Shown here in pieces: positions 12,659-24,800 of a DNA stretch of 64,000 bases. The notes under the pieces were generated by a model. That model ran no database searches and was not told the DNA's origin. It saw only the letters and a list, made by a program, of their open reading frames with translations. Numbering within the stretch: the stretch's first letter is position 1; each line of letters opens with the position of its first letter. The stretch covers positions 42,532,001 through 42,596,000 of the forward strand of contig OX597822.1 of the NCBI GenBank assembly GCA_951406725.2, read 5' to 3'. A program made the translations under genes and the position numbers. The DNA is from Octopus vulgaris (taxonomy: Eukaryota).

Positions 12659-14207
12659 GTAAGTTTTATCTATAGAGTAGATGAATTAGGTTTTTATGCC
12701 TAAGTCTGTTGTTTAAACCTTACATTTTCATGAAGTCTTTCTGTATGACAGATAATAATATTCCTAGTTTACACGAGTGTGTTAATTGCCGATATTGCGT
12801 TTGTTCTGGGATAGTAATGTTGTAGTAGTTGCAAGTGTGTTAGTTCCATTCTTTAAACTTCTCCAATAGTTTTTTTGTTTGTTTTTTGGCTTAGCTATAG
12901 GTCAGCTCTATTTATAAGCATATGTTCAAAAGTGCTTCTACCTAGACTATTGTACACGTCTCCTGCTTGGACTCTCATTTTGAGGCAAGTCGTTGTGGTG
13001 CTTGTACAGGTATGTTACGAGCCGTTTTGAATATATCTCGTAGAAAAAATATCTGAATAGACAAAAATTGCATAGCAATCTTCTTGCAATATGTGATATT
13101 ATTAAGCACAGATAGACACATTAGTTTTCTTAGCCAAGCAAGAACGCGAGAGAAATATAAGACGGAACAATATTGTTTTCTGGCACTCAGAGTGGGTTAG
13201 GGTTAATTCTAACCTTTAAAATTTCTGTAGGCTTTGAGGATTTTTTAAAAGAGGAACCTAGCAGATATTCACAGGTCTCGGACCACTGTACCAGTTGAAC
13301 TCTTGCCCCTCTTAAAGGCCCTATCTAAAATGGCACAGCACGGGGTTACACGGACTGCACAAGGCGGCTTCTTTATATACATGTGTTTGCTGTGGTCAAA
13401 GATATGTTACATTTAAAAAGGCAGCCAACTTGGTTACTGCACTGAGCGGCCAAAATGCTATCTCGGGTCACAGACTTCTTTCTATGCACTCCACACTTTC
13501 TATGCACTTTCATCGATCATTCGGGATATTATTACTGAACTGATGTCACAAATGTTATGCGGTATCAAGATGGGTAGCATGATCGAATCGGACAAATCTG
13601 AACAAACTCGGCCAGATAAGTACTACATTATTCAAATTGTCCTCTTCTTAAGTTGATTAAATCAAACTCATTACATCCCCGGTACTTTATTTATCGACTT
13701 CAGAAGGGATGAAATACAAAGTTGACCTAAGCGGGATTTGAACTCAGAACATAAAAGAAAAAGCACAGAAAATTATTAAGGAACAAATTTTGTCTTCCAG
13801 TTTCACTTGGAGGATCATTAAGAGTGCAGAAACCTTGCCCAGAATTCGATTAACTGGAGTTGAGTATCAGTGGTTTAGGTCATAAGTGGTAGATTGTATT
13901 TTGACAGAGATGTAGCTGCTATTTCCTGCAGATCAGATTGCATTCGCGAAACAGGCTAATGAAATTGACAGTTATGGCGACAGCTGATGTCTTCCAAACA
14001 ACAAATCACCATCTGTGGATTAATCTGCTGGATTAAAGGATTGACGTGGGGAGGAGGCAATAATTAAAATTATAAAAGAAAATTACAAGGAGAGAACAAG
14101 TGTTACAAAATATTTTTACCACGTGAATGGTATAACATCGTTTCTGAAGAATTTCTAGGCTTAACTATAGTTGGGTGCCCTCTTCTCGACTTTGTTCCCC
14201 TACCACT

Positions 14208-14429
14208 TTATCTTTTATCTTTTACTCGTTTCAGTCATTTGAGTGCGGCCATGCTGGAGCACCGCCTTTAGTCGAGCAAATCGACCCCAGGACTTATTCT
14301 TTGGAATCCCAGTACTTATTCTATCGGTCTCATTTGCCGAACCGCTAAGTTACGGGGACGTAAACACACCAGCATCGGTTGTCAAGCGATGTTGGGGGGA
14401 CAAACACAAACATATAAACATGTACGCAC

Positions 14430-14476
<47 letters not shown>

Positions 14477-14712
14477 CATATATACATATATATATATACA
14501 CATAGCATGGAAAGCGGACGTTAAATGATGATGATGATGATGATATATACAACAGGCTTCTTTCAGTTTCTGTCTACCAAATTCACTCACAAGGCTTTGG
14601 TTGGCCCGAGGCTATAGTAGAAGACACTTTCCCAAGGTGCCATGCAGTGGGAATGAACCTGGAACCATGCGGTTGGTAAGCAAGCTACTTATCACACAGC
14701 CACTCCTGTACC
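14208..14712 (-). mobile_element. SINE family B copy with expanded (TA)n and a nested (GAT)n-tailed fragment
   Basis: Same core as 7042-7440; gcatggaaagcggacgttaaatgatgatg inserted at ~14505-14543. Confidence 0.85.
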
Positions 14713-15170
14713 TATAATACATATTCTTTTCTATGAAATTTTGTAGAAATATGTTTTCAAAGTATGACGATTATGTAGGTAAAATTTGAAAAAATAAAAA
14801 ATCTCTTTGAACTTTTTTTTTCTTTTTGATCAGAAAAGAAGCCCATTTTGTTTAAACTATTCAATAACTTGCTCATAATCATTGCACTGCATTATAAAAA
14901 ATTTATGACAATATCCTGATTGATATTATTCATTATTAACATGAAACCGGAAGGTATGATGAAAAAATATCCCAGTTTTTCCTTTCGTGTATTGGTAATG
15001 TAAACTGAAAGTTATGCAATGGCCACGTGCAAGTTAAAAAGATATGAATTAAAAACTTCATACCTCCCTGAATAAAAATGAATAAAAATTTTAAAAATCT
15101 AAATTGAAATTATTTTTTACACTTCAGCAACATAATCGTCATGTACAGCTTTGAAAACATTTCTCTCGAG

Positions 15171-15717
15171 CTAATCATTCAGCAAACCCTGGCTCGGATT
15201 AATATCCCCTCAGTTCTAGACCTGGCAGGTTTATTCAGAAGTGATGGGAAGAGAGCGAAAGTAAAGAATACGTACACCCGGTGTTTAGGGTTCGTGTTTT
15301 TGTTACACTGAAAATGGGTGGTGTACATATTCTTTACCTCCGCCTGGGAAGAGACCAAATGGTCTTACCCTCTGTCCCTGAATAAGAGGTAGGTGCTTCA
15401 CCTGGGGCACCACAGTCTATGACTCTTTTACTCCCTCCCACATCCTGGATACTGCTGTAAATGGGAGGGTCACTGCTTCCATAGCCGAATGGAACAAAAC
15501 CTTGAAGTACCGGGACCAGGCAGTGAACTATCTCTTCCAGCCTGTGGCGTTTGAAACAGTTGGAAGCACTGGGTTGCTAACAACAAGGTTCTTATCATCA
15601 TTGGTGGCTTACCTTACTGAAATACCAGAGGGTGCTTGGCTGTTCCAATGCCTTGGCCTCGCCATCGCCCATGGTAATGCTGCGAGCACATTGACTTGCT
15701 TCACTAGGTTCCGTTGA
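15171..15717 (+). mobile_element. CRE-like non-LTR retrotransposon 3' fragment (restriction-like endonuclease domain)
   Basis: GLFRSDGKR|PNGLTLCP*IRGRCFTW...AEWNKTLKY...FQPVAFETVG matches the RLE pattern DGKRPDG...K..KY...F.P.A.ET.G. Confidence 0.78.
15254..15344. mobile_element. ~90-bp MITE with ~24-bp TIRs and a 9-bp target-site duplication (MULE-like)
   Basis: TGGGAAGAG at 15245-15253 and 15345-15353; TIR gcgaaagtaaagaatacgtacacc / ggtgtacatattctttacctccgc. Confidence 0.8.
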
Positions 15718-15950
15718 ACCTTGTGGTGTGCGACCAATTGTGACACTTGGTGCTGCATTGAGGTTTTTTTCTTTCTCTTTTTATTTTTTTGCTTTTCTTT
15801 TGTCAAAATATATTCCTTTTCCCTGAAGTATTGCAAATTGTAACAATTATTTTGTACCTCCCGACACTGTACTAAGCCTGTCACGCTTTTTAACTTTCTA
15901 AGTTCTACTTACATCTAGTTACTTAATGTACAAAAAGCTTTACCACCGAT

Positions 15951-16535
15951 ATCTTCTATGTCTATAAAACTCAAAATGTTTGTGTGTGTATTTGTATGCT
16001 TTCTATGTGTTTCCACATTTTTCATCCGATTTTGATGAAAGTTTAAAATCTTCCCCACCCTTGAAAGAGTTTACACAGTTCGCCCTATCCAACAGAAATG
16101 TTTTTACTTTTGCCTACTATTGCATGAGGTCATGGGACTGACATCTTTCAACAACCTGAAAAACTTCAACGGTGAAGTTTTTGCTACAACTGCAAAGCTT
16201 GCCTTAAACGTGGCCTGCTAGAAGACAGTGCTCAGTGGGACACAACTATGGTGGAAGCAGCTACAATATGCTCAGCAAGGAGTCTTCGAAAGCTCTTTAC
16301 ATTACTACTGCAAACATGCAAACTCAGTGATCCTGTAACCTTATGGGAGAAATACAAGGAAGACCATTCAGAGGGCTGCTACCACCAAGGACAACTTCTG
16401 TTGCCTCACTTGAACATCAGTTTCAATGAGGAATTCTTCAATAGAGCACTCATCGACATTGAGGACAGCTTACTTACTATCGGTGGTAACGACCTTTCAT
16501 TTTATGGTCTACCGAAAGTCAGCAGAATGGGCTGA
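15951..16535 (+). mobile_element. Helitron fragment (5'-end-like sequence plus Rep/helicase coding remnant)
   Basis: RVYTVRP..CFYFCLLLHEVMGLTSF...ACLKRGLLEDSAQWDTTMVEA...LRKLFTLLLQTC..SDPVTLWEKYKED is typical Helitron RepHel sequence. Confidence 0.82.
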
Positions 16536-16793
16536 CTTTCCTCAATTCCTTAGACCCCTCTTGACTATTGCCTCATCAACTTCACCTCAAAATTGGAGCT
16601 CCAGTCATGCTGCTGAGGAACCTAGAGCCACCACTTCTGTGCAATGCAATGTGGTTAATGGTAGAAAATGTGCTGCCTCATGCTATTGAAGTAACAATTC
16701 TTATGGTTTGTGGCATCAGAGACAACGTCTTTATATCCAGGTAGATCATTGCCAAGTGTTTAATACTGGAGTAATGCCAGGTACTCCTGCTAG

Positions 16794-17112
16794 TTTACCC
16801 ATAAAGCGCTGGGATTTGCACTTACATAGAATGGACTGCTGAGCACATTTTATGAAAATGGGACTACTTTGCACACAAAAAAAACCACCCCAAAAATAGT
16901 TAAAATATCTTCTTAGTATATAATGGTGGTGAGTTTTACATCATTAGTTGAACTATTAGTCCTCTTGCATTCCGGGGGTCATTGGAGCGTTTGAGTGACA
17001 TTACACCCCAACAAATACCCATAAATTAAACACATCTATCTGGGCCATGATCGTGGCCTGTTGACCTGTTCCTGATGGCCATGATCGTGGCCTGTTGTGC
17101 TTTATGTGTTAA
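16794..17112. mobile_element. ~320-bp piggyBac-like MITE
   Basis: Ends (TTTA)CCCATAAAGCGC ... GTGCTTTATGTG(TTAA). Confidence 0.65.
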
Positions 17113-18279
17113 ACAACACCATATTGATCATATCAAAGATTATACATTATTAAGAAAATCATGAAGAAATAACGTTGACATTGCATCAAATGAGTTACAT
17201 CTGGAGTTTGTAACAGTTAAAGACATCGAAAGACTTACAAGTGGTGGTTGAGATGTTTAACCTAAGGTTAGCTCTTTGATCTATGATCAAATGTGTTCCA
17301 GCCATGACCCTCACGTCTTTGGCTTCTTTCTCTTTTTGGGATAGATACTAAATCTTGGACTACATTATTTAATGTGTCCTTTCTGTTTTTAAGACAATAT
17401 GGTATGACTTACAGATTTGTTATTTTTTGTAGGTCGAGTGACTATGTCAAGGTTCTTTTGACCCATTTGTTACTATATTTCAGTTGAAATAGATTGCCTT
17501 TATTTAAATTAGTTTTGAAAATAATGAAGAATTTAGTAAAATGCCTTTGTCATTAATAAGCCATTACTTCGAGCACAAATTAATATGGAATTTTCATGGA
17601 AGGTTTTAATTTTGATCACTTTGAAACATGAAGTTTGCATCATAGAACCAAGGGTGGTCTTGGGTGGGTAGGTGTCGTGGTTATTTTACTACACAGAAAC
17701 AAGAGCTTTTTCCTAGTCACTCGACCTGTTAGAAACAGTAACCAATATTGTTTTAACTCTGGCTACTATCTTTGAAAAGCATTCTTTGGATGATGTCATC
17801 CTGGGTTTTCCTGAACACACACAAAAAAAGAGGAGATGGTTACAGCTACTGTGCTTTTAATTGTAGCTCTGTTCCATCAGGACTAACCTGATCTAAGAAA
17901 CATCTCTAACAAGAATTTAGAAAACAACTCTGTGTGTGCATGCATGCGTTGGCATACTCTTTTGCTCTGTTAGTGGTTTCAGTCATTCGATTGCTGCTAT
18001 TCTGTGGCATCGACTTCAAAGGTTTAAGTCAATCGTATTGACTGCAGTGCTTATTACAGTTTGGTACTTATGTCATCGTTCTCTGTTTGTTGAACAACTC
18101 AGTAACGGAACCTAAAGGGTTATGTCAACCGTTGTTTGCTTATTCTATTGAGACACAATAAAGTAAACTTAAATGTAGACACACATATATTTGCACATAA
18201 TTCGTACAGATGTTCTGTCTTACATAGATCCATCCATCTATTTGTGCCATGTGTGTGTGTGTGTGTATTGATTATAGAT

Positions 18280-18520
18280 GGACAGATGATTTCGAATGCA
18301 TACTGTGTCAAAGTATGCAGATCAAAAAGTAGCTTGAAAAGTCATAGTAAAGTTCATGGAGCTGTAAACTATACAATTACCAAGTTTTCTTGCACTAATT
18401 CTCAAAAACCGTGCAAATCTTGGGCAGGCCTCAAAAGCCATATTCGTGCAGCTCATCGATGGTATTCTATGGCATAAAGTAGTCATGGCTCTCCTTGAAC
18501 TTGAGTTAGCAACCATCGTG
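18280..18520 (+). mobile_element. RTE-BovB-like LINE 3' end encoding two decayed C2H2 fingers
   Basis: CVKVCRSKSSLKSHSKVH...KPCKSWAGLKSHIRAAH, then a short tail ending caaccatc(TG)n; related copy at 39048-39290. Confidence 0.6.
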
Positions 18521-19290
18521 TGTGTGCGTGCGTGTGAGTGAGTGAGAGAGAGAGAGAGAGAGCGCCCAATACTTCATTAGATTATGTACCTTCACAATGA
18601 TGAATGGCTTTGTAGTTAGTGTTGGGTATCCAATCGTAGTAAGGTCATGCATTTGATTCTCAGAAGAAATCACCTCATTTCAAGTTGCTCCCATCCACTT
18701 AATTGAAAATGAGTGCCAGCACAACTTATAGACTAATGACACACTGAGAGAGGAGTCTTCAATGTTAGAAGTTGTGGCTGGAAACAAGTGTGGGTTGAAA
18801 ACTGGAAGGGTATTTGACCACTGAAAAATTTGCCTCAACAAATTCTGTGTGACTCGTACAAGCATGAACAACTGAACATTAAATGATGATCACACACACA
18901 CACACACACATACACACACATATACACACACACACACACATGTACACAAGTATGCACAAATTTTTCACTCATCTGAACGTGGCCAATGTCAGTGCCAGTG
19001 GCACGTAAAAACCACCTACTACACTCTTGGAGTGGTTGGCATTAGGAAGGACATCCAGCTGTAGAAACATTGCCAGATCAGATTGGAACCTGGTGAGTCC
19101 CCAGTCAAACCGTCTAACCCATGCCAGCATGGAAAATGAATGTTAAACGATGATGAGGATGACTGAGAATATTTTACAGCAAAATGATTTTTTTTTTTAC
19201 ACTACACAGTCTGAATTATAGAAAATCTTTTATAAAGCAAATCGTGTTACATAAAGTTTCACTGTGATTTTTATATTTCAATTTACACAG

Positions 19291-19308
19291 AATCACATTT
19301 CATTTCAG
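19291..19308 (+). CDS. Candidate 18-nt microexon of the TEX12-like gene (ITFHFR)
   Basis: tttacacag|AATCACATTTCATTTCAG|gtaagt; phase 2-2, in frame with both flanking exons. Confidence 0.5.
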
Positions 19309-20488
19309 GTAAGTGAGCATCCAGAAAAATATTTTGCAGTAAGAAATTTGAAGCTTCTAGTATGTAAGTATAAACAGGTTGTTCTTGTTGTTATGGTTGG
19401 GAGGCAACACAAACATTGGAGCACTGTTATAAATGTATTTCACTTGTTAAGTAAGAGGTTTTGTGTAATTAACCACAGGCCTTGACTTGTTTATGTATCA
19501 AGTGAGGGATGACAGATAAAGTTAGCTCCTATGGCATTTGAAGTTGGAGCATAAGTACTGAGATGGGTTCAGGATGAGGCTTGTGAATGGGGGTAACAAT
19601 GAAATGCTCAGTCTTTCACTTTAATGTTTTTTTTTTTAAATTGACCTTGTGAGTGGTGATGAAAATATATGAATATACTGTAATATTGAACCGTGCAATG
19701 CAATATAGATTTGAGAGAGAAAATATTGTGTGTGTGTGTGTGAGGAGAATGGAAAATAAACAAATCTATCTTTTACTTGTTTCAGTCATTAGACTATGGC
19801 CATGCTAGGGCACTACCTTCAAGGGTTTAGCTAAACAAATCAGCCCTAGAACTTATTTGTAAAGGCTGGTACTTATTCTGTCAGTTTCTTTTTTTTCTAA
19901 GTTATGGGAATGTAAACAAACCAACAACGGTTGTCAAACAGTGGTGAGGGACAAGAACATATGCAAAAAATACACACACACAGGACAAGTTTCTTTCAAT
20001 TTCTGTTCCCTATATTCACTAACAAGGCTTTGACCAGCCCGAGACTATAGTAAAAGATACTTGCCCAAAGTGCTACACAATGGGACTGAACTGAGAACCA
20101 TATGGATGGGGAGCAAACTTCTTACCTTAGCCACAAGAATATAAAATTATGAATTAATGATCAATCCTCTAAAGTGGCCACTCAGTCTTCTTGAATCAGT
20201 AGTCAAATAAGAGACACATTGGTCATTGTGATCATTTAATGCATTGTCTCAATGAAAGACAAGATAGTCATGCTTGAATGCATTTCACCATAGGTCTTTT
20301 CATCAGAGTTGACAACAGCAAAAAATACATGTACAAAATACTTAAACAGGAAAAAAATGTGGAACAGCCAATTGTGGCTTTCAGAACACCAAAAGTTCTG
20401 CTCTCTGCCTTGATGCAAATGTGAAGTTTGTAGGGGGGAGGGGAAAGAAAAAAAAATGATTAATAGAGCTTGTAATTTCTCTGTCCAG

Positions 20489-20666
20489 GAATGAACAAAC
20501 TCAGATAAATCACAGAAGCAGTCCTTGCAAACTAAACAACTCTAACATTATACAAAGTCCTAAAACATCTTGTGGATCTCCAGAACCAGTTCAATCTCTA
20601 AATCAAGTTTCTCAACCCAACTCTCCATTTGTGAAGACCAATGTCAGATCTAATCAGAAACAAAAG
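20489..20666 (+). CDS. TEX12: TEX12-like exon, Ser/Pro/Gln/Asn-rich (NEQTQINHRSSPCK...RSNQKQK)
   Basis: ttctctgtccag| acceptor, AAG|gtatga donor, open frame of 59 codons. Confidence 0.65.
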
Positions 20667-21831
20667 GTATGACCTGTCTTTGTACATCTTTCACACATCA
20701 GTCATGATCTGTATAGTTTTAACCAATATTATCACAGTCTGATAGTTTGATCTTGACTAGTCTTGTTATCATTGTTATTGTATTTTTCAGTGTTGCTGAT
20801 TAATTTGTTAATTTTTGTTATATATTGAAATAAAAATCAAATGGAAATTGTAATTGTGATACCCGTGCCAGTGGCACATAAAAAGCACCATCCGAATGTG
20901 GCCGATGCCAGCGCCACCTTAACTGGTTTCCATTGCTGGTGGCACGTAAAAAGCACTAACCGATTGTGGCCATTGTCAGCCTCCCCTGGCACCTGTGCCG
21001 GTGGTACGTAAAAAACACCCACTACACTCACGGAGTGGTTGGCATTAGGAAGGGCATCCAGCTGTAGAAACATTGCCAGATCAGACTGGAGCCTGGTGCA
21101 GCTTCCTGGCTTCCCAGACCCCAGTCGAACTGTCCAACCAGTGCTAGCGTGGAAAACGGACGTTAAATGATGATGATGATTGAAAAGAAATTGTTTTTAT
21201 TTATTTATTCTTTTTTCTGTCTTCTTCCTTTTTATTATCTTTTATATCCTTTCTGTCTGTTTGTCATTTTTTTTTTTTTGCTTTATACAAATATTTGCTA
21301 TGTAGGTGTATGCTGGATGGGTTAAAATGTAATAATACCCCACAAAGTTTTGCATTTTTTTCCCATGCTAGGTATATATCAAGTGAATATGTTACCGAGC
21401 TAGTTCCATTGTATTTTTACACGCATATTACAGGGAAAATATTTTCTCTAAAACACTACTGCGGTCTTTCAACATTTGAATGTATATGAGCATTTTAAAT
21501 ATTAATGTACACAGCTTATTTTTATCCTCACTGCTTAGTGTGTTTCGATTTCAGCTTGACAAAGCTTAGTATATGCCAGCAAATGTATTTTTCGGTGTTT
21601 ACATTTGAAAATGGCAGTTCTTGCTGGACCATGAATCACTGAATTGGTGTTTATATCTGATAAACTACACAGAAACATTTCTCTTAGAGTCAGCTGATAT
21701 CATTCAGTATGTTTTTACACAAACTATAAGAATGTCTTTTCCAAGACAATTATTTCTCATTGAAAGACTCTTTGCATTTAAGTGTTCACAAGCACCATAA
21801 TATAAGTAAACACTATTTATGTTCACTTATA

Positions 21832-21864
<33 letters not shown>

Positions 21865-24800
21865 TAGCTTGCTTATTAACCACATGGTTCTGGGTTCAGT
21901 CCCACTGCATGACATCTTGGGCAAGTGTCTTCTACTATAACCTTGGGCCGACCAAAGCTTTGTGAGTGGATTTGGTAGATGGAAATTGAAAGAAGCCCGT
22001 TGTATATATATGTATGTGCGTTTGTGTTTGTTCCCACATCATCACATGGCAACTGATACTGGTGTGTTTATGTCCCTGTAACTTAGCAGTTCAACAAATG
22101 AGACAGAATAAGTACTAGGCTTACAAAGAATAAGTCCTGGGGTCGCTTTTCCCAACTAAAGGTGGTGCTCCAGCATGGCTGCAGTCAAATGACTGAAACA
22201 GGTAAAAAACTAAAAGAATATATATATATTGTTGTATTTCGGAATGGTCATTTTGCCAGTTTAGCCAATATATATAGTTGGTAAAACATAAATCCCAAAA
22301 AGAAACATTCTCTAAGTTATAGAGCAGTATATAATATAAATAAAGTTAGATAAGGCCTTATTTAACTTTATTTATATTGTATTTTCTATTTTAGTTTCTT
22401 TTATTTGTTTCAGTCATTTGACTGCAGCCATGCTGGAGCACCACTTTTAGTTGAGCAAATTGCCCCCAGGACTTATTCTTTGTAAGCCTAATACTTATTC
22501 TACCTGCCTCTTTTGCCGAACCACTAAGTTATAGAGATGTAAACGTACCAGCATCAGTTGTGAAGCGATTGTGGGCGGATAAATACACACAACACACACA
22601 CAAACACGTGTATATATTGTGAAGGCTCATGGCTTAGTGGTTAGGGTGTTGCACTCAGGATTGTGAGATCATGAGATCAGTTCCCTGACCAGGTGGTGTG
22701 TTGTGTTCTTGAGCAAAGCTCTTCATTTCAACATCCGACAGGTGGCACCCAGTTGCACCTGTACAGGTAATGTTAATTTGATGGAGGGAATGAGCTTATG
22801 TCTACAGAGACATTTGATCACTATAAACAAATCATCTGTATAGTTGTTCAGTAAGAAATTGTTGAACCCTAATATGTTGTCTAACAACGGGTGATTCCAT
22901 TATTATATATATGTATATATCATCATCATCATCATTTAACGTCCACTTTCCATGCTAGCATGGGTTGGAGGATTTGAATGAGGGCTAGCAAGCCAGAAGG
23001 CTGCACCAGGCTCCAGTCTGATCTGGCAGAGTTTCTACAGCTGGATGCCCTTCCTAACGCCAACCACTCTGAGAGTGTATTGGGTGCTTTTACGTGCCAC
23101 CGGCACGTGGGCCAGTCAGGTGGTACTGGCAACGGCCACGCTCAAGTAGGTATATTTAAATATATAAGGGGTGCTGAAAAGTGATATCACATTTAGTGTG
23201 ATGAGTTCAAATCAGCAGTGCCTAATTGTCTCATTCCATCCAATCAGTATTTGAATTATGGTAAATGGTCAACAATATATTTTTGATTTTTAATCAAAGC
23301 AATTTTACCTCACCTATGCTTTTAATATCCGCAGGAAATGCATGACTGTTGCACACCACTTCCCCATTTCTATAAATTTACCTTCTTTCTGATCAAAAGG
23401 AAACAATATTTTTTACTAACTCCTCAATAAATAAATAATATTCCTTGTTTACACAATTAGTGTTTATTTCCTTCGTTTTAATAATTTTATTTCTAATTTA
23501 TTGATCTTTCGAAAATATTTTAAAGGAATCCGATAACTTTTTAGTTTCCCAGTCTGGAGTTTCTCCTTCCAACAGCTTGAGCAGTATGGATGATATCCCA
23601 AGAAATTTCTATGGTAAGTTCTTGGTCTTTAGATTCACATATTTTTTTTCTTTTTTTGTTTTATTTAGGTTCAATGATTCAGGAACTGAGCTGGGGGTTG
23701 CTTAATCCCAGGTTGGTCCTGATTCACTAGATAGAACAATGATCAAGGGTGCTGCATCTGGGATAATACTGTTTATTAAATAAAAGGAATACAGTAAATA
23801 AGAAATAGAGATAGTAACAAGTAATAAAGTGATATAATGAATACCACTTTATTAGCTGCCAGATACATAGCAAGTGATTATTTTGTGGTGTGGGGAATAA
23901 AAAAGGGATTTTCAAAATGTAAAACCCAAAATTTAAACCTTACATTGCAGCTGTCAGATGGATGGATGTTTAGTAAATAGTCATTGGAGAGTAAGGAAAT
24001 AAGCACAAAACACATTTTAAAGTTAAAAATATTTTCAAAATAAAAGCTATTTTTTTACATTAAAAATATTCAAAAAGTTATTTCAAATTCTCTTAGAGTC
24101 TTTAATCTATAGATATACTTTCTTCAGAAACTTCTTCGTGTCACTGTTTCTTCTGTTTTGTAGTGATCATTGTATTTTTAAGTGTATCTGCTTTTTTAAC
24201 TTAGATTCTGTTCAAAATAGGAAAGTATCATATCCTTGGATTACTGAGTTTAAGATGAAGGCACATTTTTTGTTTCTTTTATTTCTTCATCTACCCTGGA
24301 ACAAATTGCAGCATCTTGATTTTTGGGATTAGCCACAATGTTGTCTTAAGCTGAAAAAGTTTGGATTCATTCAATACTGTTATCAATTCCAATCACCGAT
24401 GTCTTTATCATGACTATGTAAAGCATTTTCTGTGGATATTGTTTTTACTATCTGCAGTATTTGTTCTTTCACATCACCTAACATTAGAGGCCATCATTAT
24501 ACACTTCATCAACAAGCAAGAAAATAAATAAAAATATTCAATATGCATGCATGATAGTTATTTTATATCATCTGAAATAATGAACTTAAGTTTTGTGCGC
24601 TTTTAAGGTGCTGGTGATAAATTTCGGTTTTGTGGTGTAGATGTAAGTCACCCTCTAACTAGCATTGTAGTTTATCACTAGTAACATACCATGGTAATTC
24701 TGGTGGTGTCTCTTTCTATTGACAACTAGATGTGACTGAGGCATTGTAGAATGAAGTGAATACAACAGCTTTGGTCCAGTACCTTATTAAACTGGCCATC

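Noticed and set aside
2064-17112. 15-kb composite transposon bounded by inverted TTAA-ended repeats
   Set aside because: The right copy has its own left TIR at ~16794 and is a self-contained MITE; the two copies are diverged, independent insertions
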